Assembly (NCBI RefSeq): GCF_009914755.1
Contig: NC_060948.1
Direction: 5' to 3' (one strand)
DNA length: 64,000 nt
Origin: the human T2T-CHM13v2.0 reference genome, Homo sapiens
Shown: positions 43,368-56,465 of the stretch, piece after piece
How the letters are laid out: the number at the start of each line of letters is the position of its first letter
Position numbering within the stretch: position 1 is the first letter of the stretch
The notes under the pieces: generated by a model
Told to the model about the DNA's origin: nothing
What the model saw: only the letters and a program-made list of their open reading frames with translations
Databases searched by the model: none
Translations under genes and position numbers: made by a program

Positions 43368-46300
43368 TGCAGGTTCTGTTCTTGTGAGAGAATGATAGTC
43401 GCGTCAGCTGGGTGTGAATCCAATAATCACAATAGCATTGGTTTGCTGTTCCCTGTTATAACACTCATTGTACTACTCACATTTTCTATGATACGCTGGG
43501 AGTGTCATAATACTGTGTGAACTTTATACCACTATGAGAACCATTACTTTGCTTGTGGCCATAAGAATGGCAATGAGAATCAAAATATCTCTCCTCTTTG
43601 GGTCCAGGTATGATAGTTGTATTATTGCATGGTATCTGAAGCTGGGTATATGACAAAATTTTACCTGCGGGCAGAAACAGAGCAGGAGAGTCTCATCACC
43701 TGGATGGTGAGCTCAGGATACATTATAATCTTAGAGAAACAGAGAAGACTCACATCACCTGGGTGCTGGACTCCGCAATATGTGATAATCCCTTGTTTTG
43801 GCAGACTCCAGAATAAAGAGGAGAGTTGCATTACCCAGTTTTTGCAGTCAGCGTTATGTCACAATTCTTTTAGTGGGCAGGACCTAGGCAGGAGAGAAGA
43901 ATCACATTTCCTAGATGTTATCACCGATGATGTCACAATGTTCTTTGGTGAAAAAGCAGAAGCAAAATAGACAAATCACCCAAGAAATAGGCTCAGATAT
44001 ATGTGACAATATCCCTACTTGGCAGGATCAAGTAGTAAAAAGTCACATTATTGTGATTCTGACCCAACGATATGTCACAATGCACACATGGGAAACAAAG
44101 CAGTTTTTACACCTGGGTACTAGGCCCAATGATATGACAATATCTCCTCATCTTTTAGGGTGACACCTTTAACTGTTAACTCATATGTATGTAAGTCACA
44201 TTGTCACGTGTGTGCTGGGCCATTGTATGACATCCTCTAGAACATCTGAGAGTTTTATACAACATGCGTGAGATTCACAAACTACTCTGAGGTCCACATG
44301 CTCATTTTGACTCTGAATATTATATATTGCCTTAAACCCAGATATGAGAGTCAGTATCTCTCATTTATGCTTAGTTCAGGAATGAGGCTTATTTTTATGC
44401 CTGTGAGCTGGGTCTAAAAATGAGTGATGGTTGCACCTGTGGCAAAATCCACAAATGAGAGTCACAATTCCATCTTTGTACTGTTTTACTTGTTAGACTC
44501 AGTATCTCAGCAATGGGCTTTCTTAATGAGGGGTGGTGACAAGTTTTACTTTCAATTGTGTGTGTAATTCAGAATCACAATCTTAACTTTTTGCTGGGCT
44601 TTGTTAGGAAACGCTGTACCACCCAAGGAGTTTATACAATATTAATTATTGTTCTGTGAGCTTTCCTCAAATACGCAACCCAGGATTTTACCTATTGCCC
44701 TAAGCCTTGCGATGAGAGGCAAAATATCTTCTATTTGCTGAATCACAATGTAAGTTTGACCATCATACCTGTAAACTGAAGCAAGGTATATTTTATAATC
44801 CCATTTGTGGGCAAAAAATTACCAAAAAGAGTAATGTCACTTAGGTGCTGTGGCACGCAGCATGTCACAGTGCTGTCTCTAGGCAGAATACAGAAAGCAG
44901 GGTCATGTTATCTGGATGCTGGACCTAGCAATATGACACAATTTTACTTGTTAAAAAAAGAAACTCAACCAAGGGATGAAAGCCAAAACACTTACAGATT
45001 TGGCTGAAGATATGTCAAAATGCCCTCTGTGGCTCTGGCACTGGTGGGACTGAAGCATCATTAGAGTGTTGGGCCTACCATTATGCAATCACTCCCTCAT
45101 TATTCAGGACTGCAGCAGAAGAGTAACATCATCTGAGTGCAATAGGTGAAATTTTCCCTTTGTGGGCATGGTTCAGAAAAAAGGAAATAGTCACATAACC
45201 TAAATCCTGGTCTCAGAAATACATCACAATTTCAGCATTTTAAAGGCTGAGGCAAGGGAAGAGAGTCATATCACTTAGGTCATGGGCTTAGAAACATGTC
45301 CCAATGTCCCCAGTAGGCAGAAGTCAGGCAGAATTCAGGCAGAAGAGGAGAGTGGTGTCTCATTGGTGCTTCTTTAGGTGTATGTCTCAATCTAACACAT
45401 GGGCAGAACCAGACAGAAGAGCCATATAACCTGGGTACTGGGTCCTAAGGTATGTTGCAAATCCCGATTAGTTCAGAACCAAGGTGAAAGAGTTACATCA
45501 CCTTGGTTCAGGTTTCACTTTCATGTCACAATGCTCTATGTGTGTGAGGCCAAAGCATTTAGTCCCATAAACTAGTTTATTGGCCCAAGAGATAGGTCAC
45601 AAAGTCCCCTGTGAAGCATAGTCTTGGCAAAAGAGTATCATCACCTGTGTGCCTGGCCTAGAAATATGTCATTCTCCAGGTTGTCAGGGCCCAAGCAGGA
45701 GAGCCGCTTAACCTAGGTAATAGGTGCAGAGATATGTCACAATGCCCTACTTTGGGCATGGCTGTGGCAAAAAGTACCCACAGCTGTATGCCTGGCTTCA
45801 CAATATGTCACCATCCTTCCTTTGTGCAAGGCCCATTCCAGAGATCAGAGTTTCATCCCTATGAGGTGCACACACAAATATGTTCACAATAATTTTGGTT
45901 GGCGTGGCACAGGCAAGAATGTGAACATCACCTGGATGCTAGATCCAGTGATATGTACAATCCTTACTGAGAGAAGGGCCCAGGCAGGAGAGTCACATCT
46001 CCTTGAGGTTGGCCTAGGTAGATATCACAATCCCACATATGGGCTGGAACAAGTCTGGAGAGTCAAATTACACTGGTGCTTAGCAAAGATTTATATCACA
46101 ATCACACTGTCAGAAAATTCCAAAGATGTGATTTACAATACCACACATGTCCTGTTTTCATGTGTGACAGTTGACTTCATCCATGAGAGATGATGACAGT
46201 CCTTACTGTCAGGCGGGTGTGCATACAAGACTCACAATTTCACCTGAGTTGAACCCTGCTTTGACTCTTTCTGTATAAACCAAAGACTCTGTAAAATGTG

Positions 46301-47699
46301 TGTGTTGTAATCTTTTGTGATGTTTGTACAAGAAAGTGATTCAGGACATCACGCATGTCCCTAAACTGAATTATAAGAGTAAAAATATTCTCTGTTGGAT
46401 GAGTCCACATATAAGAGTCATTATTATTCCTGCAAGCCCTGCCTAGGTATTTGTTATAATTTGTTCTGTTGTTATGAATCAGGCCTAACAGCCACATCAC
46501 CTAAATGCTGGGCCAGAAATATTCCAGTATTCTTTTTGCAGGAGGGGTCTTGTCCAAAATATCACATAACTTGTGTGCTAAATCCAACTCTGTTGCACAA
46601 TGTTCATTTTGGGCTGTGTCTAGGCAGGAGAGGAGAGTCACAGGACCTAAAAGCTGGGCTCAAGCATGTGTCAAAATGCCTCTCAACAGGAGAGTTTCTC
46701 CAAAAAAAGAGAGCCATGTCATTTGAATGCAGTGTTTAGAAAAGGTACAATTACTATAGGAAGCAGGGTACAGGTCAAAGAGGAGAGTCATATACCCTAA
46801 ATAATGGGTCCAGAAACATGTGACTATTTTGCCTGAGGACACTTTTTAGATAGCACAGTCAAATCACCAAGGTGCTTGATGAAGATATTTGTCAAAATCG
46901 CTTTTGTAGGCTATATCTAGGCAGAATTATTAAATCACTCAGGAACTGAAATACAATATATGTCACAATTACACTTGCGGAAAGGTTTAGGTATAAGACT
47001 CAACTGTGGGCTTTGTAAATGTGGGATGGTGGCAACTTTTAATTCCACCTGGGTGTGTAATCGAGAGTCCCAATTTGAACTTTTTGCTGGCCCCTGCTAT
47101 AAAAATTTCTACCACAAAGGAGTTTATAAAATGTAAGTTAGTTGTGTAAGTTTCTGTGAGCTTGGTACAAATATGCAGCCCAGGACCTTATCTATTGCCC
47201 CAAGCCTAACAATGAAAGGCAAATATTTTCTATTGGCTGAATCCCAGTATAAGTTTGATCATCATGGCTGTGAGCTTAAACTGGGTATATGTTATAATGA
47301 CATATGTGGGCAAAACACTACGCAGAAGGGTAACATCACTCAGATGCTGTGCCCAGCAATATGTCACAATGCCTTCTGTATGCAGGGTGTAGGAAATTGG
47401 GTCACGTTAACTGGGTGCTGGACCCAGAAATACGACACAATTTCACATGTGTAAGAAACCCAGCCCAGTTATGAGAGCCAAAACACCTACATAATGGGCA
47501 TAATATATGTCAAAATACTTTCGGTATCAGCAGCACAGGCAGGAGCATCACATCTTAAGGGTGCTGGGCCCAGCAATATACAATATGCCATAATTATCTC
47601 TTTATGCAGATCCCATGCAGAAGAGTAACATGATCTGCATGCTGGGCAATAATATGTGTCAAATTTCTTTTTTGTAGGCATGGTTCAGGAGAAAGAGAA

Positions 47700-48169
47700 G
47701 AGAAACAGATCCTGAGTCCTGGGCTCAGCAATGTAACAAAATCTTCCTTTTATGAAGGCCCAGGAAGAAAAACAGAGTCACATCACTTAGGTCATGGGCT
47801 CAGAGACATGTCCTAATATTCCAACTAGGCAGAGCTCAGGCAGGTGAGGACAGCCGAGAGTCACATATCCTGAGTCCTGGGCTCAGCAATGTGACAAAAT
47901 CCTCCTTTTATGAAGGCCCAGGAAGAAAAAGAGTCACATCACTTAGGTCATGGGCTCAGAGACATGTCCTAATACTCCAACTAGGCAGAGCTCAGGCAGG
48001 TGAGGACAGCCGAGAGTCACATATCCTGAGTCCTGGGCTCAGCAATGTGACAAAATCCTCCTTTTATGAAGGCCCAGGAAGGAAAAGAGAGTCACATCAC
48101 TTAGGTCATGGGCTCAGAGATATGTCCTAATACTCCAACGAGGCAGAGCTCAGGCAGATGAGGACAGCC
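47700..48169. repeat. Recent tandem triplication of a ~157-bp unit
   Basis: cctgagtcctgggctcagcaatg starts at 47711, 47869 and 48025; copies nearly identical. Confidence 0.95.
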
Positions 48170-50539
48170 ATATCACCTATGTGCTTCCATCAAAATATGT
48201 CACAATTTAACATGGGGGCAGAAACTATGCAGAAGAGCCACATCACTTGGGTGCTGGGTCCTGTGATATGTCACAAAGTGCTCTTAACACAGCACCTAGC
48301 CAAGAGAAATACATCATACTAGGTGAAGGGTCTCTGCTTATGACACAATGCTTCATCTGGTTAGGACCCAGGGAGAGAGTCACTTCATTTAGGTGATAGG
48401 CCCAGAGATATGTCACAATGTACTGTGTGAAGCATAGCCCTGGAAAAGGGTACCATCACCTGTGTGCCTGGCCTAGAAGCGTGTCACTTTCGAGGTTGGA
48501 AGGACCCTAGCAGGAGAGCCACATAATGTAGGTGATAGACCCAGAGATATGTCACATTGCCCTCCTCCAGGCATCCACAGGATAAGGAGGAACCTTGCCT
48601 GTGCGCCGGTCCTTGCGCTATGTCACTATCATTCTGTTGTGCAGTGCCCATTCCAGAGAGGAGACTCACATCAACTATGAGGTAAACACAGAAATATGTC
48701 ACAATAATTTTGGTGGGCAGGGTGCAAGTAAGGATGTAACGTTACCTGGGAGCTAGGTCCAGTGATATGTCACAATCATTACTGAGAGATAGGACAAGGC
48801 AGGAAAGTCATGTCACCTCGAGGTTGGCCTAGGTAGATTTCATAACCCCACCTATGAGCTGGAACAAGTCCGGAGCCTCAGATTACACAAGTGCTTAGCA
48901 AAAATTTATATCATACTCACACTGTCAGAAAATTCCAAAGATGAGATTTACCATCTTACCACACATGCCCTGTTTCATGTGTGACAGTTACCTTTATCCA
49001 TGTGAGATAATGAGTTCTTACTTTCAGCTGGGTGTGCAAACAAGACTCATGATTTCATCTGTGTGCTGAGCCCTGCTTTGACTTTGTGTGTATGACCCAA
49101 AGACTTTGTAAAATATGTATGAGTGTTGTAATATTTTGTGACCTTTGTACAAGAAGGAGATCCAGGACATCATGCATGTCCCTAAACTGAGTTATAAGAT
49201 GCAAAATATCCTCTATTGGCTGAGTCCACACATGAGAGTCATTATCATGGCTGTGAGCCATGCATAGGTATATGTTACAATTCACTCTGTGGTTAAGAAG
49301 GAGGCCTGACAGCCATATCACATAAATGCTGGGTCAGAAATATTCCAATATTCTTTTTGTAGTCAGAGCCCTCTCAGAAATATCACATAACTTATGTGCT
49401 ATGTCCAGCTCTATGGCTCAATATCCCTTGTGGACAGTGTCTAGGCAGGAGAGGAGAGTAATATCACCTAAATGATGGGCCCAAAATTTTGTCACAATTC
49501 TTCCTGTTGACAGGTCCCAGGCAAGAGTGTCATATCATTTGGATGCAGGGATTATAAATACTACAATCCACCAAAGAAGCAGGGTACAGGCAGGAGAGAA
49601 GAGTCACGTAACCTAGATGAAGGGCACAGAAATATGTTACAAGAGCCCCTGAGGACATTTCAAGATACATCAGCCAGATCACCAAGGTGCTTGACCAATG
49701 TATCTGTCAAAATCTCATTTGCTATACCTAGGCAGAATTATTAAATCACTCAGGAGTTGAGCAAAGGTATATGTCACAATCAGACTTGTGGAAAGGCTTA
49801 AGTCTAAGAGTCACCATCCTGCACAAGTCGTATGCTCTAGTCATATGAGTTGTTACTAGGCTTTTGTTTTGGTCTCTGGTACATGGCAGAATATCACCTG
49901 TGGCCAGAGAGAACACAAGAAAGTCCCATCACCTATGTGGGTCTGGGCCACTAAGACATCACTATTCACCTTGTGGGTAGGAACCTGGTGGAAGAGCCAC
50001 AGCACCTGGATTTCAGTGACATATCAAAAGCCTCTCTTCTGGGCAGGGCTTTGGCAAGAGAGGAGACTCACTTCACAAAGGCAGTTGGCCTAGATGTTTG
50101 CCACAATGTCTATTCCGTGCAGTAACCAAACTGTAGAGTGGCCTCACATAGGTGTTTGTCCCAGGAAATATGTCACAATCTGCCTGTGGTCTGGGCCAAG
50201 GCGAAAGTGAAGAAACATCACCTAGGTACTGAGCCAAGTGATATGTTCAATGCTTCCTGTTGGCAGAACCCAAAAAGAAGAATCACATCACTTGAATGCA
50301 GTACCCAGTTCTTTGTCACAATGCCCTGTAAGTGCATGGCCAAGGAAGTAGAAGAGAGTCACATCACTTACAGGATGGACCTAGATATATAACAAAATTC
50401 CTTTTGTAGAAAGGTTTCAGGCAGATAACTCACATCATCTGGGTGATGGTCCCAGTGACATATGTAAAATTTCCCTTTGAAGGCAGAGCCACGATGGATG
50501 TTATCTATTGCTTAGCTGCTTGTTCCACATATGGCACAA

Positions 50540-50558
50540 TTACTTCTGTGATCTGGGC
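50540..50558 (-). CDS. BPY2: BPY2 coding exon 4 (stop exon; exon probably extends to the donor at 50434)
   Basis: ctcattttctag|g ccc aga tca cag aag taa; downstream donor gat|gtgagt at 50433. Confidence 0.93.
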
Positions 50559-53500
50559 CTAGAAAATGAGTCAAATTATTCATTTGCTGGACAAAGTGAC
50601 CTATCCCAATATGACACTCTCATATATGTTCGGAAATAAGTTTCACATCCCACACAAGTCCTGGTTTTGTGTATGTGAGTCAATTCTTTCTGTAAGTTGG
50701 ATCAAAATGGAGGAGTCAAAATCTCAACAATGGGCAAGATTCATGTATAAGAGCCGCAATCCCCCTTGAACATTGTGGTCCAGGAGGGGAGTCACGGCAC
50801 CACAGGTGTGCTGAATCCTGGTTCAAATGTTAACAAACCACCTGTGGATCAGGTCCATGTAGGTGAGTAATTATTTCAAACATCGACTGCTTTTTATGTG
50901 TGAGATTTAGTCCCTCATTCCTAGACCCTGTTAATATGCGAGAATGACAATCATTTCAGTGAAGTGTGCATACAAGAGTCATATTCTTACCTGGTTGCTG
51001 GTCTCTGTTATGACACTCTTTGCACCATTAATGCTTTATATGATATACCTGAGTATTATAATCCTTCGTGACTTTTATACAAGTGAAAAACACAGGGCTT
51101 TACCCATGGCCGTGAGACTGGCTATGAGAGTCAAAATATTCCTACAGGCTGGGCCCAGGTATGAGAGTTATTTTTGTCCATGCGTGCTTAACCCAGGTAC
51201 GTGTCAAAATTTCACCTGTAAGCAGAGACAAGGAAAGGGAGTCAACTCACCTCGACACTGAGCCAGTGATACAGCATAATCTCATTTGTATGCTGGGCCT
51301 AGTCAGAAGAGTCACTTCACCCGGGTACAGTTTCACATAATATGTCAGCAAGCCCACTATGGACAGGGAAGAAAAAAGAGAGGACAGTCAGTCCACCTAT
51401 GTGCTGGACTCCGCAATATGTAACAACCCTCTCTCTTGGTAGAGTCTAGAATATGAAGGAGAGTCACATCATGTAGGTTTTTCAATCAGCGGTATGTCAC
51501 AATTTGTTTGCTGAGCAAGGCTCAGGCAGGAGGTGAGAGTCACATTACCTAGATGTTAAGCCAAACAATATTTCACAATGTCTTCTGGGTGCAGGACACT
51601 GTCAGAAGAGACAAATCCTCTAGCTTATAGACCCATAGATATGTGATAATATCCCCTTTTGGCAGGGTCCAGACAGAAGAGACACATTATGATTCTAACA
51701 CAGTGATATGTTACAATCCACCCAAGGAAAGGAATTTAAGCCAAATAGTCTCAACACCTAAGCACTATGCCTATTAATAGGCCAAATCCCCTTGTCTTTG
51801 AGAGTGACATTATAAACTCTGAGCTGGGTGTGTATATGAGAGTAACAATTTCACTAGTATCCTGGGCCGTTGCATGACTCTCAACAATTTTCAAAAGCTT
51901 TATACATCACGCATGAGAGTTTCAAACCACTCTAAGGCCTACATATTCACATGGATTCATGACCTTACATATTCCCCTAAACCCAGGTATAATAGTCAGC
52001 ATCTCCTCTATAGGCTGGGTTAGAAATGAGACTCATTTTTATGCCTGTGAGCTGGATCTAGAAATAAGTCACAATCCCACCTGTGGCCAGATCCACATAC
52101 GAAAGTCACAATTCCAACTTTGCACTGCATTCATTTGTAAAACTCAGGTTCTTAACAATGGCCTTTGGACATGTAGAATGATGACAGCACTTGCTTTTAC
52201 CTGGGTGTGTAATCAAGAATCTCAAACTGAACTCTTCACTGGTCCCTATCACCAAACTCTCTATACCAACAAAGAAGTTCATACATTATGAGTTAGTGTT
52301 GTAAAGCTCTGTGAGCTTGGTACAAATATGCAACCCAGACTTTATGTATTGCCCAAAGCCTAGCAATGAAAGGTAAAATATCTCCTATTGGCTGAATCTC
52401 AGTATAAATTTGACCATCATGCCTGTGAACTGAAGTCATAGTCCCATTTGTGAGCAAAAAAAGTAGGCCCGAGGGTAACATCACTTAGGTGTTGTGCCAA
52501 GCAACATGCCACAGTGCCCTCTCTAGGTAACATAGAGGAATTAGAGTCATGTTAACTGAGTTCTGGACTCAGCAATATGAAACAATCCATTATGTGGAAA
52601 CAAACAAAAACAAAAGTGAAAAAAAAAAAAAAAAAAACAGCAAAAAGATAAGAGCCAAAACACCTACATAATGGGCCCAGGATCTGTGAAAATACCTTCT
52701 CTGCCTCCAGCAAAGTCATGAGTTTTATATTTTCAGGATGCTGGGCCCAGCAGTATGTTATAATATTCTCTACATACAGGACCCACGTAAAGGCGTAACA
52801 TTATCTGGGTGCTGGGCCCTGCAATAGGCCAAAATTTCTGTTAGTGGGCATGATTTGAGATTAAAAAAAAAAAAGGTGAATCAAATAACCTGATTGCTAG
52901 GTTGAGCAATATTTCACAATCTCTCCATTGTAAAGACCCAGCAGAAAAAGAGAGTCACTTCCCTTAGTTCATGGGCTCAGAGATATAGTCCAGTGTACCC
53001 AGTGAACAGGGCCCAGGCAGAAAGGGAGACTCATATCACCTAAATGTTTCCCTAGTTATATGCCAAAAACCTTACCCACGGGCAGAAACCAGGCAGAAGA
53101 GCCACATCACCTGGGTACAACTGCAAGTAATATGTCACCATCCCCAGCATAGATAGGTTTCTTATAAAATTAGATAATGACACCACGTGGGTGCTCTGCT
53201 CACCAATATGTAACAATTCCCTCTCTTGACAGAGTCCAGGAAAAAAAGGGGACTTCTGTCACCTAGGCTCTGCACTCAATGGTATATGACAATTTTTTCA
53301 GTGAGGAGGATCCAGGCAGTAAAGATGGGTCAAATTTCCTAGATTCTAAATCCAGCAATATGTCAGTGTCTCCTCTGGGCAAAGTACTGGCAGGAGAGAC
53401 ATATTACATAGCCAATAGGCCTGGAGATATGGGAAAATATCCTCTGTTTGCAGGGCCCTGGAAGAAGAGTCACATTATTTTGATTCTGACCCAGTGATAT

Positions 53501-56465
53501 GTAACAATGCCCTAATGGAATGAAATTTAAACTAAAAGTTCTCAACACCAGCTAGTAGGGCAAGATATATGACAAAATCTCCTCATCTTTAAGGGTGACA
53601 CCATTAAATGTTAGCTATCTGTGTATAAGAGAGTCACAATCTCATGTGTGTGCTTGCCATTGTATGACACTCTCTATAATACCTGAGAACGTTATGCAAC
53701 ATGCATGAGAGTTGCAATCCTCTCTGAGGCCTACAGGCATTTACAGAATTATGATTATGCATATTGCCCTAAACCCAGGTATGACAGTCAGCATCTCTCC
53801 TATAGACTGGTGTTAGGGATGAGATCATTATTATGACTGAGAGTTGGCTCCAAAAATGAGTCACCATCCCACCTGCGGCCATATTCATTTATGAAAGTCA
53901 CAACTCCATCTTTGTGGTGTATTTGCTTAGACTCAGGATCTCAACAATGGGCTTTGTAGATGTAGGATGGTAAAAACTTACTTTCATCTGAGTGTGCAGT
54001 CAAGAATCATAATCTTAACTGTTTGCTGGGCACTGTTAAGAAACCCTTTGTATCACCCAGGAAATTTTTATTACATGAGTTAGTGTTGTAAACTACTGTG
54101 AGCTTTGTAGAAATGTGCAATGAGTAACCTGACTCTTTGACCTAAACCTGGTGGTGAGAGGAAAAATCTCTCCTATTGGCTGAATCCCAACATAAGCTTG
54201 ATCATCATACCTTTGGACTGAAGCAAGGTATTTCTCACATTCCCATTTTTTAGCAACCTATGCAGAATATTAACATCACTTAGGTTCTTTGTCAAGCAAT
54301 ATGTCATGATGCCCTCTGTAAGCAGCACCTAGGAAAGAGGGCCACATTAACTGCAGGCTGGAGTCAGCAATATAATACAACCACACGTGGAAGAAATTCA
54401 GCAAAGTGGTAAGAGTGAAAACACCTAGAAAATGGGCCAAAGATATGTCGAAATACCTTCTGCGGTCCTGGCACAAGCAGGAGAGTCACATCATTAGGGT
54501 TCTAGGCCAAGAAATATGCCACAATTTTCTCTTTATGCACAACCTAGGCAGAAGAGCAGCTTCATCTGGGTACTGGGCCCTGAAATACGGCAAAAGATCT
54601 GTTCCTGGGCGTTGTTCAGTTACAAGATGAGAGTCACATTACCTAAATGCTGAGCTCATCAATATCTCATAATCTTACCATTGTAAAGCCCTAGACAAAA
54701 ATAGAGTCACATCACTTAGGTCACAGGCTTAGAAATATGGCCCAATATCACCAGTAGGCTGGGTTCAGACAGAAGAAGAGTCATATTACCTAGATGCTTC
54801 TTTAGCTATATGTCACAATTTAATATGTGGGTGAAAACCAGGTTGAAGAGCCACATCATGTGGTCCTGGGTACTGAGGTATTCACAAGTCCCTCTTAGAA
54901 AAGGACCCAGGCAAGAGAGTTATGTCACCTAGGTGCAGATTCCACGCTTATGTCTCAATACTTCATGTGGGCAGGACCAAGCAGGAAGTCACATCACCTT
55001 GGTGATAGGACCAGGTATATATGACAAGGCATTTTTGAAAGCATGGCCCTGGCAAAAGAGTTCCATCACCATTGTGCCTGGCCTAGCAGTATGTCACTAT
55101 TCAATTGGGCAAGTTTCAAGCAGAAGAGCCGTATCACCTACACGATAGGTCCTGTGATATGTCAAATGCCCTTTTTTGGGCATAGCCCTGGGAAAAGAGC
55201 ATCATCACCTGTGTGCCTGGCCTAGAAACAGGTCACTATTTTGCCCAGTGTTCAAGGCCCTTTCCAGAGAGGAGAGTGACATCTTCTAACTGATGGACAC
55301 TGCAATATGTCACAATGATATCTGCGAGCATGGCGCAAGCAAGAATGTAACGTCACCTGTGTGCTGGATCCAATGATGTTATAATTCTGAGTGGAGGGCC
55401 CAGGCAAAAGAGTCACGTCACTTCAAGGTTGGCTTAGGTAGATACCAAAATCCCATAGGTAGGCTGGAACCAATCTGAAGGGTGAACTCACACAGGCACT
55501 TGGCAAAGATTTATATCAGTCATGATGGAATAAAATTCTAGGGATTAGATTTACAATATCAGGCGTGTTCTATTTTTATGTGGGACAATTGCCTTCATCA
55601 TCTGTAATGGTGAAAGCCGTTACTGTCAGCTGAATGTACATATGAGAATCCCAATTTTCTCCATGTGCTAGGCCCTGTTATGACTCTCTCTATACGACAC
55701 AAGGATGTTATAAAATATGTGTGAATGTTGTAATCTTCTGTGACCTTTTTACCAGAAGGAGATGCTGGATATCACTTATCTCCCTAAGCCTAGTTATAAG
55801 AGTCAAAATGTTTCCTATTGGCTGGGTTCACATATGAGAGTCCTTATCATGTATTTTAGATGTGTCTACAGATACGGCGCCATCTCATCTGTGGTAATTA
55901 AACAGGCAGAAAACGACATCACCTAAATCCTAAGCCAGAAATACCCCAACTTTATTTTGTAGAGAGGGCCCTAACAGAAATATGACAAAACTTAGGTGCT
56001 AGACTCAGCTCTATGGCATAATGCCCTTTGTGGAGTGTGTCCAGGCAGTAGAGGAGAGTCATATCACCTAAATGAAGGGCCCAGAGAGATATCACAAAGC
56101 CCCCCCTTTAAAAAGCCCAGACAAGAGACTCATGTCATTTGGGTGCAGTGCTTAGAAATGCTACTCTTCACTGGAAGCAGGGTTCATGCAGAAGAGGAGA
56201 GTCATGTAACCTAGACAATGGCTCCAGAGATATGTTATGATCACTTCCGAGAACCTGTTAGGACACAAGAGTAAAATCACAAAGGTTCCTGGGAAAGGTG
56301 TAGGTCCAAATGTCATCTGCGGGCTATAACAAGGCAGGATTATTAAATCACTCAGGAGCTGGGTAAAGGTGTATGTCACAATAGTACCTGTGAAAATCTG
56401 GGGCAGGGATGAGAGTAATGATCCTGTCCTGCACGTGTCCTGGCTCTGGGGACAAGCGTCATCAT
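50540..56465 (-). CDS. BPY2: BPY2 (VCY2) basic charge Y-linked 2, spliced CDS, 106 aa
   Basis: join(56465..56388, 54328..54211, 51356..51251, 50558..50540) = 78+118+106+19 = 321 nt, all introns GT-AG. Translation MMTLVPRARTRAGQDHYSHPCPRFSQ/VLLTEGIMTYCLTKNLSDVNILHRLLKNGNVRNTLLQSK/VGLLTYYVKLYPGEVTLLTRPSIQMRLCCITGSVS/RPRSQK*. The copy (BPY2, B or C) cannot be told from sequence; minus orientation would fit BPY2C if this is the reference + strand. Confidence 0.97.
51251..51356 (-). CDS. BPY2: BPY2 coding exon 3
   Basis: ttttttcttccctgtccatag|tg ggc ttg ctg...gtg tcg ag|gtgagt; GLLTYYVKLYPGEVTLLTRPSIQMRLCCITGSVS. Confidence 0.96.
54211..54328 (-). CDS. BPY2: BPY2 coding exon 2
   Basis: ctctttcctag|gtg ctg ctt aca...tcc aaa g|gtatga; VLLTEGIMTYCLTKNLSDVNILHRLLKNGNVRNTLLQSK. 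Confidence 0.96.
56388..56465 (-). CDS. BPY2: BPY2 coding exon 1 (exon starts at 56506 with 41 nt of UTR)
   Basis: Acceptor ttctctctgcccacag| at 56507-08; ATG at 56465; MMTLVPRARTRAGQDHYSHPCPRFSQ; donor cag|gtacta. Confidence 0.96.

Noticed and set aside
54276-54476. ORF 54276..54476 overlapping BPY2 exon 2
   Set aside because: Different frame from the spliced CDS; incidental.
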